DNA of 51,964 nucleotides, filler included, from Sphacelaria rigidula (GCA_964200075.2; 4 parts of 4 records of this genome joined end to end with filler, not necessarily neighbours in it); one strand, 5' to 3'; counted from the first letter of the whole stretch, positions 1-13,018 are shown. Notes: generated by a model not told the origin, from the letters alone. Numbers and translations are program-made.

Positions 1-55
1 TTTTAGGCTTGAGCCTCATCTCAAAGTTAAACCTCAATTCGCACAATTTGTTGTT
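1..55 (-). mobile_element. Terminus of unclassified repeat 'X' (putative TIR end A), truncated by contig start
   Basis: Reverse complement AACAACAAATTGTGCGAATTGAGGTTTAACTTTGAGATGAGGCTCAAGCCTAAAA matches 38883-38937 at 54/55 nt. Confidence 0.75.
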
Positions 56-149
56 CAGTGTTTTATACATTACAAGAACATACGAAAGCAACCTTTTCCT
101 ATTGAAAGTTCCCTCTCAACGGAATGGTATAGACTATGTATCCACACCT

Positions 150-3100
150 ACTTCTCCCCGACCGCCACCCGTCTGGGGTTGGTTGTGTCGGGGTAGGCTA
201 ACCCCGTCGACAACACAACCAGTAAGTAAGGTAGGGTAAGTTGACCTACTGGCTTGTCTGCGTGTGGTTTCAGTGGTAATGCAACACATAGTCTAGATAG
301 TGGGTCATGTCAACGGTGCCAACGTCCAGGCTCAATCCTACAGCTTCGGAGTTTTACCCGAGAATGGGAACCAAACTGAACCAGCCCCGCAGCTGTAGCG
401 TTTTACCCGGCGTTGAGACACTGTCACGGAAAGCACGTTGATGGAGATGAGGCAATTGTGTGAGTAAGTATCAGATTCGGTGGACTGGAGACAGCGGCCG
501 ACGCGGGATGGGAAGGCTGCACCCTTCCCGCAAGACCAACAAGCAACGCAAGTACCGTGATGGACGTGCCGAAGAAAATTCGGAAGAGAACCAACAGCTC
601 GCCCGTAAAGTTAGAAGGCGCAACAGACCAAAAAGAAGAGCAGAACAAAGAGAAAGACGCGTGGATATATAGAAGGTTAAAGCTCGAACATATAGTGGGG
701 AGCTCAAAGCGGCTACCTATAACGTCCGTACACTGTCCCTTATGGAAACGAACGGAGCTGGCCATACTGAGGTGGTCCTGCAAAAATGTCAGGCAGTCGA
801 ATGTCCCGTCATCGGTATACAGGAAACAAGGAGACCAGGTCGATCCGAATTTTGTGCGGCGGGATATCGCGTCTTTTGTTGCGGGGCAGAGGGGGGCAAG
901 GGAAGGGCTGGAAAATGGGGTTGGGTTGGCGGTCAAGGAGTCGATCATCAGCAAGGCGACGTGGACTCAGGCACTCATCAGCAAACGCGCCTCATGTCGA
1001 TGATTTTCAACCTAGCGGGTAAATCAAATGCTGCTACTTTTGTCGTTGCATACGCCCCGAGAGACAGTACACAGTCAAGGGGGAAGAGATCTGTGTTCTG
1101 GATTGAGTTAGGCGGCATTGTGAACTGTATCCACCCATAAGCACCACTTGTATATTTCAATGGACGCTAACGCGAGGACTGGACTACGAACAGGCGAGGA
1201 GGAACGTAAAATTGTAGGAGCATACGGCCGAGACTCTCGATCCAACGACGGTAACGGCATATCTTTAATACAATTTGCAGGCGACAACAGGCTTTCCCTG
1301 GTCAACACGTTATTTTCCACCCCCAAGGGAAACACCTCGCGTACGTTCAACGGTGTTGCAAATCGCCCCGCGGACAGGAAACGCGCTGACTTCATCATCA
1401 CACGGCAAGATTACCGCAGGCTCGTTCGCAATGTCACCGTCCACCTTCAACCCCTCAACTCGCCGGACTCTGATCACAACATCGTGTGCGCCTCAGTGCG
1501 GCTCCTTGGTCGCTTCGCACACAACCTAGATGAATCCCAGTTGGGTATACACCGACCGACAGACGGGCAATAGTATCCGACCCCGTCAGGCCTGAGCAGC
1601 TCACCAAGCTCATCATCAGCGAGCTCGAACAGAGTATACCTGGTGATACAGTTAGTTCATTGACCACAAACTTTGCCGACGTACTCTTGAGTGCCGCTGA
1701 AATGGTGTTACCTCGTCTGATCCCAAAAGCCACGGATACTGGGGTGGTTGGAGGATACTGAAATCAGAACGGAATTCGAACTTGCCTGAATGGAGAGAGA
1801 AAGGGCGAGATCAACGGTGAGACTGGGGTCATCTCGAGATAAACTTGCATGGTGCACATTACGAGCAGCATGCAAAAAAATCAAAAAGGTGATCCAAGTT
1901 GGGTTTGACAAATATATGGATGTGTATGCTAGCGAATTAGAGGAGTATACTCGAGCGGGGGACATGAGAGGATGGTACAGACATCTCAAGGGAGGGTGGA
2001 GACTGTCTGAGCGACCAATGAGAGTGAACAGTACGTTCGAGATGAGGACGGCAATTTACTGCAGGACAGAGGTTTGATCAGTGGGAGATGGGAACGGTAC
2101 TTTTCTACATTGCTGAACGCCATGTCGGCAACTATCGACCGCACCATCATCGCGAAGATTGCTCAACGACCAATAGCGTTGTCACTAGGAGACCCACCAA
2201 GCTCAGGTGAAACTGAGGAGGCTCTGAGAGTTATGTCGAATGGCAAAGCAACCGGTTCGGATGGTATTCCTGCCGAAATCCTGAAGCTTGAACTCAACGG
2301 GGAGGCAACGGACATTCTGTACCACTTCGACGACATCATCTCTACGGCTTGAACACCTGGCGAGGTGCCGCAAGAATGAAAAGATGTCACCATCAAAGTG
2401 CTACACAAAAAGCAAGATAGGACCCAGTGTAGTAACTACAGAGACATTTCACTTGTGGCACATACTTCGAAAGTTCTCCTCAAAATCGTAGCCAACAGGC
2501 TCGGTGATTTTTGTAAGGGAACAGATGTCTTCCAGGAAAAGCAGTGTGAGTTTAGGCGCCAAAGCTCGACCATAGACATGATGTTCGTAGTACGCCGACT
2601 CCAGGAGTTGGGACACGCGAGCAACATCCCAATAAGTATGTGCTTTTTCGATCGGCAGAAAGCCTACGATTCTGTAGGCTGTACGCTCCCGTAGGAAGTA
2701 CTTGCTCGGTTTGGAGACCCGTCGCGAATGATCCCGATCATCCGTATGTTTCACGACGGCATGCGAGCTCGAGTAGAGCTAGATAGTGGCGAACTATCAG
2801 CGTGGTTCGACGTCTGCCAGGGACTCAGACAAGGTTGCGTTTCGTCTCCGCTGCTGTTCAGCATCTTCGGAGCAGGTTTGGTGGAAGTGGTCGTCCAGCG
2901 GGGTGCGGCGGACTCAGTCATCGTCTCAGACTTGGTCTTTCTAGATGATGCGCCACAAGGTGTCGGTGGTGAACCCGTGGAAGAGACACCACTGAAAAAG
3001 GTGCGACGCGCGGTATGGGCAATGCTTCATGCGGACGACGCTGGCATAGCCTCGAAGACCTCAGAAGGCCTTGCTCGAATGATGGCCGTGATAGCGATGA

Positions 3101-4105
3101 CCTGCCAGGAAATTGGCCTGATGGTCTCCAAGAACAAGACAGAGTCCATGCGCCTTTGGTCAGTACCCAGTTCCGCGGAAGCCACCCTGGATATCAAAGC
3201 TGATGGTCAACGGTATAAGCAGACAGGGAAGTTCACGGGGAAGTTCATCCACCTTAGTGGAGCTATCAGCGCGGATGCGAAAATGCCCATCGAAATCAAC
3301 GCCCGTATCAGCGCGGTGTGGGCGCGTATCCGGAAATATAGCTCCCAACTCTACGACCGACCCAACGCCGAGCTATCCTTGAAAACTTCTACTGCTTAAA
3401 GCGGAGGTGGTAGAAGCTCTGTTGTATGGGTGTGCCACATGGACGCTACGTTCTGAGGACTTCGACATTCTGCGCACTGCTTATTACAAGCTCTTGCTGC
3501 AAGTGGTTGGATTCCACAGGAATGATCGAAATGGCTACAAGACTCTTTCGTACAGAGCGGTGCTCGAGATGACCAACTGCGAACGTATCGAGACGACTAT
3601 CCGCAAACGTCAACTCTGGCTCGCGGCAGCCCTTGTCCGGCAGAAGGACACACGCCTTTCCAAGCGTGTCATAAACGGTCGGGTTTCCACACGAGGACCC
3701 AAGGAGGTCGGCCGCCCCCCCAAGCAATGGGAGGATACCCTACAGGAGAACCTACGTGCGCTAGGGGCTGTCTCGCACAAAGGAGCCCGACGAAAGTGGT
3801 TCGTGCATACGATTGGTCACTGCGGCGAAGAACATATGGGTAAATGGCATGTTGGAGTCGAAAAGGGAGCGGAAGAGTTTGAGGAAACATGGCGACGCGC
3901 GGACAAGCGAGAATCAGACCGCCGTCACAAGCGGGAGGCTGCTGCGTCGAGGGCTGCCAATCGGAGAATCCTGTCTGCTCATATCGGTTCTTGAGTATGT
4001 TCTTAGTTGGTGGCTCTACGATGCCCACTGATGTGTATCTGTATCTAGTCTACTGCCCTGAATCCCCTGGGCCTTTTTCTTTTTTTTCATCGTTTTATTG
4101 TGTTT
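150..4105 (+). mobile_element. Decayed, near full-length RTE-like non-LTR retrotransposon (APE + RT)
   Basis: APE motifs LKAATYNVRTL (703), IGIQETR, VAYAP, MDANAR, SDHNIV. RT motifs [43 protein letters not shown]-terminal LLYGCATWTL. Many stops and frameshifts. Basic N-terminal extension at 460-672 is in frame with APE. The 5' boundary is approximate. Confidence 0.93.
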
Positions 4106-4568
4106 TATAGATTTCTCTGCTTCGCATCGGGCTTCCATTTTTTTTTTCCCTTTTCCTGTGTTAGGCTACTTCTTATGTATAGAAAAATATAACTTGTTGA
4201 AAAGTGCTTTTTTACCCTTCTCCGTCGTTTTTGCCCCGAAAAGAGGGCTCAGTGGCTGTTGACACCTTGGAATGGCTTGCTCTACTCGCTGAGACCGTTC
4301 CAGAGCATCTTTGCGTTTTCCGTAGGTCATAGCTTCGTTCTCGGCCAAAAACTCGTTTTCAATGACAAACGGTCAGTTAAGTTATAAAAAAATATAACTT
4401 GTTGAAAAGTGCTTTATCAACCCTTCTCCGTCGTTTTTGCCCCGAAAAGAGCACCCGCCGTATTTACGCCAGCGCTGGCCAAAAACCAGAACCGACCAGC
4501 AGTCTAGAACCAGTCCCACATCGAATTTTTGCAGACCCGCCGGTCCTACCAACACCATTTTCGAATCC

Positions 4569-5540
4569 GCCCGAGCACAACAGAGCCGGTACACCATTTT
4601 TGAACCCACCCGCCCGAAACAGAGCAGGCACATAGGACATACTTCAGAACGCATACTCACAACACAGCTCACACGCACACATGCACTGACGAAACACCAC
4701 TAGTTAGCCGCAAAAGCAACAGCAGCAGCAGTACGGTAGTACGGAAACTGCCGTTGCACATATCGCACACGCTTCACGCGCCTAGCAGGCGACTGAACTA
4801 TTACGTACTCTTGTGTGTTTGAATCAATTGTTGTGTGTTCGGATAAAATGTTTGTAGTGAAGGTATATTCCAGAGACAATGCAGGCAACTGAAGTACGCA
4901 CTCTTGTGTGTCAAGATCAATTGTTGTGTGCTTGGATAAAATGTTTCCAGTATTTAGTACAGAGAGTGCCGGGTAGAATTGCCCCTAACCACAGACAGTA
5001 AGTAGTAGTAGACAGTACCGTGCGCTATACAGACAATACTGTGCGGGACGGTGGCATTTACTGCTCTGAAAGCCGTGCCGTGAGCACAAATAACTTCTAC
5101 CATCAGGACGACAGTAGTAGATGGTTTGCTGATGTCTCCATCGAAAGGGTTTGCAAGACTGCTCTTATTGTCCCCGACCACCAACACACCAACACAATGA
5201 ACGCGGCGAAGGACAGAGAGACAACGGCGAACACACCCGGAATATAAAATATATCTTCACTACAAATATTTGATCCGAACACGCAACAATTGATTCAAAC
5301 ACGAGAGTACGTGATGATTCAGTTGCCTGCTAGGCACGTGAAGCGTGTGCGACAAGTTCAACGGCGGTCTCCGTACTACAGTACTGCTGCTGCTGTTGCT
5401 TTTGCGGCTAGCTAGTGGTGGCTCGTCAGTGTATGTGTGCATGTGAGCTGTGTTGTGGGTGTGTGCGCTGTGGCATGTCGCCTGCTCTGTTTTGGGTGAG
5501 TAGGTTCAAAAATGGTGTGCCACCTCTGTTGTGCGCGGGC
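4569..5540. repeat. Foldback/MITE-like inverted repeat, ~300-bp arms (4569-4870, 5248-5540), ~377-bp spacer
   Basis: Arms are reverse complements, e.g. gttagccgcaaaagcaacagcagcagcagtac vs gtactgctgctgctgttgcttttgcggctagc. A partial extra copy lies at 5541-5690. Confidence 0.85.
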
Positions 5541-5764
5541 GTGAAGCGTGTGCGATAAGCTCAACGGTGGTCTCCGTACTACAGTACTGCTGCTGCTGCT
5601 GCTTTTCCGGCTTGCTACTGGTGGTTCGTCAGTGTATGTGTGCGTGTGAGCTGTGTTGTGGGTGTGCGCGCTGCGGCATGCCCTACCTCGAGGGCGTGTT
5701 CTTCCGTAGTAGTGCAGCAGCAGCAGCAGCAGCAGCTGGACACTATTAATTTTGCAACAAGAGA

Positions 5765-6085
5765 ACGTGTTCAGCTTCTAAAAAGGACTGCAGAACTGCT
5801 GTGTTGTCTTGTGTTCAGTGTAGTATCATGTACTCCATATACCACTGCAGAATTGTGTTGTGTTCAGAGGGGTACCCTGCACTCCATATAATGGGGCCAG
5901 ATTTTGAGCAGTTTTTCGAAAAGTTCTGCTTGTTTTTTCAAAAGTTCTCGAAAAGTTCTGCTTGTTTCTCTGTCACAGAAATCCAACGCCGAATCTGGAA
6001 TAGCCTGAGACAACAACTAATTTGACACTTGGAATCTTACAGATTGCTCTGCTTCGCATCGCGCCTCCCATTTTCCTATCCTTTC
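5765..6085. repeat. Dispersed non-coding repeat; related copies at 7150-7425 and 4105-4165
   Basis: Shares ctgcagaactgc..tgtgttcag..ctccatataccactgcagaattgt and tcacagaaatc..gccgaatctggaatagcctgagacaacaac with 7150-7425; shares ctctgcttcgcatcg with 4115. Confidence 0.8.
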
Positions 6086-7149
6086 TTGCATTGGAATGGA
6101 ATGGGAAAAGGACAGAACAGACAGACGACCTCACAGTGTTGTTCCTTTTCGATAATAGGGGAGCTTTAATCACGATGAGGTGTACGTTCTACTAGTTTAA
6201 GTCATGTTCCGCAGACAGGAGGTCATCGTGGGAATAGGGTTGGGCACTGTTAGCTTCAACGGCTCGCTTCACGGGCGATGCCGCACATGGGAGAAAGCTG
6301 CATGACGCATGACATTCGTCACAGAACACGTTACAAGCGTTTTTTGCTAAATAGATTCATGTATCAACAAGAACAGGGCGAGTCAGTGCAGATTCCTCTA
6401 GATACGGGTCCCACTCTGTGCGCATCGCTCTTGAAACATACATCCTCGATTGTTGTACAAGAAATAAACTGTTTGCTGCTATGGGTTCGACACTGCGTAC
6501 CAACCGCGACGTTACGCCTTCGGTGGTACTACCTGCTCATTGCACAGCGGCAGGGTGCAGGGTGACAAAGCACACCACAGAAAGCCACATCCTCAGCCTA
6601 CCCCTGTGCTGCATTTAATTCGCGCTGTCCTATGCAGTTCGCCACATCATGCACGCAACCGCGTGTATCTGCGGTCAACGTGCACGCGGGATATCATTTT
6701 GTAAAGCTCTTCGTGTTGTAGCTACAGCGTGTGTTTGACCCAGGTTGCGCACGCAGGAGTGAAAGGTCACCTCTGCTGCTGTCATGGCTGCCTGTATCTT
6801 GGGCGAAAATACAATTATTTGCGCGAAGGGCGATAATGTCCGAGCGTTCAAGATCAGCACCCTGCAAACACTGAGGGCTCGTTCGAAATCAGCCGAAGAA
6901 CTAAAACATGAGATATGTCTTGTCTCACTGTACTGCAGTACAAACACACTCACTTCTACTCTCATGTGCTGTAGCTATCACTGTTCTGGGGTGTGTTTAG
7001 ACCTTGCGAAGACGGTTTGGTCTCCGCTGAGATTGCTTGATGTGCTGTATTGTTGTGTTCGTCTCCCTGTAACCAAGCTGTAACATAATAGTATCAGTCA
7101 GGACGCTGTGGTTTTGCAACAAGAGAAGCTGATGCATACTGCATACAGT

Positions 7150-7425
7150 CCATCTTCAGGTTCTAAAACTAGAAAACACTGCAGAACTGCCGTGTTGTCT
7201 TGTGTTCAGGACAGTACTCTGTTCTCCATATACCACTGCAGAATTGTCTTGTTTTCAGTGTACTACACTGTACTCCATATATTTGGGTCATGGTTTGAGC
7301 AGTTTTTTTTCTTAATTCTCATTTTTTTTTCAAGTATTCCGAATAAAACGAGAGTGTTTTCTGTCACAGAAATCTAATGCCGAATCTGGAATAGCCTGAG
7401 ACAACAACCAATTTGAAAATTGGAC
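7150..7425. repeat. Second copy of the 5765-6030 repeat
   Basis: Direct-repeat similarity seen by eye. Confidence 0.8.
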
Positions 7426-7429
7426 CTTG

Positions 7430-7685
7430 CTCTTTACTTTCCTCTTATTTTCTTTCCTTTTTTTGTTTTTGTTTTAGGTCGGTCGTTTCCTTCTGTGCTT
7501 TGCTTGTGTTGACTTTTATTACTTTTTTTTTACGGCTTAGTCTGCTATGCCGTTCTGTTCGATCTTGTTTTTCCTGCTCCTTATTTTCTTTAGAGCGTGT
7601 TCCAGTTTCGTTTTTCTTGGGTACGTACGTCTATCATGAGACCACGGCTGGACCCCTGGGGGGTCAGTTAAAGTGCGATAATCAG
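7430..7685 (+). mobile_element. LINE/SINE-type 3' end (T-rich UTR plus conserved terminal motif)
   Basis: cgtctatcatgagaccacggctgga..gtcagttaaagtgcgataatc resembles the LINE terminus at 24548-24646. Confidence 0.65.
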
Positions 7686-8141
7686 ACTCGATGTGACGAA
7701 AAGGTTGTGAGGTTGTTAGAAGTGGCAGAAAGATGAAGAGCCAAAGATCATGACACTATTGAAATATTACATTTTGGGGATATAAAACGACATATAAAGC
7801 GGTCGCGTCTGGTCCAAGTCGCTGTTTCATGATGAACCAGCAACTCGAAGTCTGAACGCGGCCACGCTGTTCGGTTGTCTCGTCGCCAGGATCAAATAGA
7901 TGTACGTGTCCCACGTTTCGAATGTGTGTTCCGCACAGATATCAAGAAGCATTCCGGCGACACTCATTTGCGCCCTCCGTTGAAACCAGGTTCATATTGA
8001 ACAACAACGGCGTACAGACAGAATCAGTAAAGTGACGTGTGGAGAATTCTTGGTCGTTCAAAATGCAAAACCGTACGTCCATGAACTGCTACCGACAATC
8101 AGCACAGGTAAGCTGGTGCGTACGAGGCTATATGGATCCAT

Positions 8142-8312
8142 CTATCGTTGCGCCGGCGGCGGTCGATCATCGCATTTCCCGCTGGCGTTTCCCGCGGCGA
8201 TGGCAGCGGCGTCGCAGGGATCGTCCGTATAAAAGTTGTCGCGTCTGTCCGACGCGTCCGACCTAAAATTTATGCTCACTAGCTCCACGCCGTACACGAT
8301 AGAGCCAGAACC
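8142..8312 (-). CDS. FKBP-type peptidyl-prolyl isomerase, terminal exon ([17 protein letters not shown]...PPPAQR*)
   Basis: CAG acceptor at 8315-8313, phase 0. IVYGVELV matches the FKBP C-terminal strand. TAG at 8142-8144. Confidence 0.8.
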   Translation of the reverse strand, partial: GSGSIVYGVELVSINFRSDASDRRDNFYTDDPCDAAAIAAGNASGKCDDRPPPAQR

Positions 8313-8443
8313 CTGTGAGGTAGCGAGAACAAAGGGGGGAAATGGGGAGATGAAACAGAAATTAACTTCAGTGAGGAAAACCAGGGGGGAACGTAGTTTC
8401 CTATACTCTTTGGCTGTCCAGGAGATTCTTCTTGTACTCTCAC

Positions 8444-8575
8444 CGTTCCGTCTTCCGGGGGTATTCCGAACACCTTGCTCCCCTTGTTACCATACGCAAG
8501 GCGCGCAGGTATTTCTATCCTCCGTCGCTCGCCGACGCACATGTCAAACAGTGAAAGATCCAGTCCCTTCACCAC
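8444..8575 (-). CDS. FKBP-type PPIase internal exon ([44 protein letters not shown])
   Basis: Classic FKBP motif GLD..M.VGERR..IP..LAYG..G..IPP. CAG acceptor, GTGAG donor, 132 nt, phase 0-0. Confidence 0.92.
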
Positions 8576-11557
8576 CTGGTTCCATGGATTGCAGTTGCGA
8601 CAAGCACATAGCAATGGATTCCCGCGATATGTATAAAGATACTTAGTTTAGCATTCCACAACTAAATGACACCAGCATTGCAATTTAGCATCTAAGTTAT
8701 GGCTCATCATCCAATAATATTTGCCAATCATTGACATATGTGCGTATATATATATATATATACTCTTGATGAGAAAGGTATGCCACAGAAAGCGAAGGCC
8801 CTAATACTCCCACATTTTTGTCTGGCAACTTTCTGATCTTCCTCGTCACGACCGGTCATTGAAACGTTCGACGTTAGAGGGTACACCAATGCAGTCGCAT
8901 CCGGGGTCTAAGGTGAAAGAGCCCTGTATGCAGCGTGCTTGTTGTACAATGGGGCCATGTGCACATCGGAGTACAAAATGTTGGGGGTGGACTATGCCCA
9001 CGGAGAAATTGGACTAAGGAAGGGAGACAATGATCAAAAACGAATGCCCTGAGATGGCAGTTACATCTTGTATCTTGTCCCCGAGAATTCAGACGGAAAA
9101 TTATCCGGGCTGCTGATAGACCAGCACTTCCATCTCTCGAGCCCTGACAAACAGACCATCATTTGGTCTTTTCTTAGTCATAGAGCGCGTTATGTGTCTC
9201 ACTCTCAAGCGCTGATAGGCCACGTTTTGCGTGACTTTAGTGCGCGTTCTGCACGGGTCCGAATACATTTGCTTCCTACGCTATGTTTTGCCTGGCGTTG
9301 CGATGTTCGATGCGGTGTGCGCGTCCATCTCTTCGGTCGTCTCTGGTCTTTTTGTCACTAGACGCACATACCTTGCGGATACCTTTTTTTTTGGCTGCAG
9401 CGATTCTCATTACGATCACCTGTCACTTCGTCTCCGGTTGACTGCTACAGTTTAGATTATTTTTGATCGACCGGGGGCGTCCATTTGTGAAACTGATATC
9501 CTTCTCACTTGACAACAGAGCAGGCATCATTTGCAGTTGGAAACCGGATAAAAATAACGGTAGACTTTGATTCGAGGGCAGAGCGCTAACCCTTCGGCGT
9601 TGCGATACGTTCTATCCGATGCGTTGTGCACGTCTATCTGTTCCCTCGTCCCTGTTCTCCTGGCAATGTAGCTTGTGGCTACTTTCTTTAGCTGCGGTGT
9701 TTCCGATTGCTGTCACCTGTCTCGCAGCCTCGGGTTGAACGTGACCGACCGCTTTGAACCTTTGACGGCCTGAGGTTCTCATTTGTTGAATCAGCATTAT
9801 TTTCAGACATATTTTCAAATGAAAAATGATGCCGATCCCACAATTTGACACCTTCGACCGCGACAGTAATGGGGGTGAGGGAGGGCCGATTTTGGGCACT
9901 ATAAATCGAAAAAGTGTGCATCGACACCTAGCTGTCTACAGAAAAAAATGAAGCGTAATCGAGCCAATCATGTCAATCACAAATACACACATCGTCACCT
10001 CAAAACAACGTCCTGGCTCATCTGAAAATGTATTATGATAGTCATAGCCGTACATTTCCATAACAAGACTGTGACCCCTGCTGCTATACATTTGTACACA
10101 GGGGCACTACAGGGGGGGGATAGCAGCTGCTGATCCTGCTGTCGTTGTGCTCCTGTTATTGCACCATAACAGTGTACTGCTGCTGTTTGTTGCTGTAGCA
10201 ATGGAGAAGCACACGCCCGCGAGCCACCACACCACGTTCCCCGCCTTCTTGAACATCACGAGACGATAATACAAGCAGCAGCAGCAGTAGTCGTCACCAC
10301 ACACCACAGAAACAACAGGAAACGTTTCCCTGGCATGCTACTGCTAGTACCGCCAAGATGCTGCTGATCTCAAACCCAAAAGTGCCCATCTTTCACCACG
10401 GATACCTCCACAACCAAGCAGTGGATTGGACTGTGGTTTCTCGCGTACGCTTGTCACACACCGAAAATAGGGTACCATACCATAGCTTTCTCTTGACGCG
10501 TTCCACGAACGCCGCACCAAACCAAAATGTACTCATAGAGGCGGGGGGGGGAGGGCTATTTTTGGGGGTCTTAGGGGCCGCTGCGGCGATCTGAGCAAAA
10601 TTAAACGTATGGCCTCCTAGTTTTGGATGTGTGTCGGGGTCTTGTGAAGTGCCATGGGCCGACTCGCTTCCTGTGTCGAGAAAAACGCGATGAAAGTGCT
10701 GCACTGTCGTATAATACATCTAAGCTAATCAGGAAAGAAGCGTGTGTTGTAGCTGATAACGTGTTCACTATTCCTCCGCGTTTTTGCTCTTTTTTTCCAG
10801 CATGGGTGAGTGCTTCAACAGCTGTACTGCCCCCGTGTTTCGGTCCATACGGAATCGGGGTGGGACCAAAGTGCTGTCTAGCTACAGTATACCATGTTGA
10901 AAATATCACGTGATGGCTGTGCAGCTATTGGCCGTGTCTTCTCCGGTGCTTCAGTTGCAGTCGGGTGCTGTGATCGAGGAAGACGCGCAAGGCGGGTGTG
11001 TGCAGGTTGGGGCAAACAAACTTAGTCGGCACGGACTGCTGTGTCCTCAGGGATTGATATTCGCAGCTGTCTGTCTCGCAGCGGCGCAACCTGTGTGCCA
11101 ATCAAAGCCATTTATCGACTCAAATGCATAACGTAGCTCTCATTTGATTATTGGAAGCCCCCCCCCGTATTTTCGTGCTTTGAAAAAGTCTCCGAGAGGT
11201 CCAAAAATGTTGCAAGTCATATTCTTTGCCACCAATCTGTGGAATATATGCCCATCGTGTGAGGAATAACCACGGCTGGATCCCTGGTGGATCAGTTGAT
11301 GTGCGACATCAATCAAATCAATCTGAATTAAAATGGTACAACTGACGCCACAAGGGTGGAAAAAACGCGGGTTTGATCCCCGCTAGATGCGTTCGAGTTT
11401 TCGCTTCGAAGTATAGTATCTGATTTTCGGCGCCGACAGCGTGAAAAGGTGTCGTCCAAGGGGAGGGGTTAAAAAGTGTGACAAAACAGATGATGAATAG
11501 CTCAAGTGCTGCGGCCATTGCTACACGCCAAAACGAACAACGGACGGAAACACTCAC

Positions 11558-11657
11558 GTCCCCGTTCCCGAGCATGATCGCGTACGGCGTCCCCGTGCCC
11601 CTACGATCGCTGGAATCAAACTCCACCGACAGGTCGTTCGCTAACCGCGCGGAGTAC
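11558..11657 (-). CDS. FKBP-type PPIase internal exon (YSARLANDLSVEFDSSDRRGTGTPYAIMLGNGD)
   Basis: FDSS..R..P...LG motif. Polypyrimidine-TAG acceptor and GTGAGT donor; splices in frame to 8575. Upstream exons not confidently found (contig ends at 12918). Confidence 0.9.
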
Positions 11658-12918
11658 CTACGAAAGAGAAGGATAGGATGGGAGGGGGGAGGGGGGGGGT
11701 GCAGGGGCCGGGAGGCGGCGGGCCGGGGGTGAGGGGTGGGGGGGGGCGTGTCATGCGTTTAGAAACGAGTAAAAAACCAAAGGCTTTCACCTGGTTGGGT
11801 TTTTTTTAACAGGTTTCAGGTATGAATGCGCTATGGCCAAGCGTCGTATTATGACCTTCGATCCCCGAAGTGAATGACAGCAACATCCCCTCCTCTTATA
11901 TTTTTGCAGAGAGGGGACACGAAAAACGTGTAGCAACACAGCCCCTCTCTCGCTCCCCCAGGAATCGACAAATTTGTACAACACTGGATACGTGTACAGG
12001 TGAGCGGTTGCTTGGCCCTTAGTTAAAGGGACTATTCAGACATCATCTGAAGGCCCGCATGATGATATACGTGGTTTCAGTATTTCGCGTCTGACGCACG
12101 ACGTTTTGACACGCTGCTACTCTAAACTCTCTATTGCACGAACCATTAGCTTCCCAACACGCTGCCCGAGGTATGCATATTTTTGACTCTGCTTTCGGCA
12201 CGAGACGCTTCTATTGATAAGCTGGCACAGATAAGGGAAGGCAATTAACCACCTACAGGGACGGTCTTTCATTCCACGAAGTCCACATCCTACACATTCC
12301 GAGCGAGAGTCAGATCCTCGGTGAAACGGGATCGACACGAGAAAAAAATATGTCCAGGAAACTTGCATACTGTCTTCCTTTTTTCAAAAAAATAAATAAT
12401 CCACCCCCGAAAACCCCAAAAACTCCCAAACAACAAACCAAGTAAATTAAAATTAAATTATTTACATACATATATATATATATCCCCAATTTATGGTTAT
12501 CCAATACAATACATTATTAAAAATTCATTCCATTCAGTTTTAATTGATTGTGTTGATTGCCTTGAGAATCTGTTTATTGTCTCGGATGCTAACTGAAAAT
12601 AGTGCGATTACAGGCGGTAACTGAATGGCAAAATCTTGAAGCTTGACTGAATCAACGACAAACCGGCCATCGTTTCGTAGCAATGCTGCTACAGTACCCG
12701 CTGAGGCAGAACGAAAGTACCTCATCATTCCTCCCCCTCTGTTTCTGTGGAACATGTGCAACAATCACTACCGTCAACTCAAGCCGTGCTCGATCCTCCA
12801 CGGGGAAACCTGTACATGATTGTATGATGGCCATTTCATGGTGGGGCCGCAGGGGGGGGGAGGGGGGGGAGGGGGTGTACTCATGATCATGCATGCCAAA
12901 GTCAGAAGACCATTAACC

Positions 12919-13018
12919 NNNNNNNNNNNNNNNNNNNNNNNNNNNNNNNNNNNNNNNNNNNNTTAATTAATTAANNNNNNNNNNNNNNNNNNNNNNNNNN
13001 NNNNNNNNNNNNNNNNNN
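12919..13018. other. Artificial contig linker (N44-TTAATTAATTAA-N44)
   Basis: Six-frame-stop linker inside Ns; identical to the other two gaps. Confidence 0.98.

Noticed and set aside
11455..11472. piggyBac-like end (GGAGGGG|TTAA); also TTAACC at the contig end, 12913
   Set aside because: No matching TIR partner identified.
12721..12809. Upstream FKBP exon (AG/GT bounded)
   Set aside because: No FKBP-like sequence in the phase required to join 11657.
12963..12974. TTAATTAATTAA palindromes within gaps as biological sites
   Set aside because: Identical in all three gaps; assembly linker.
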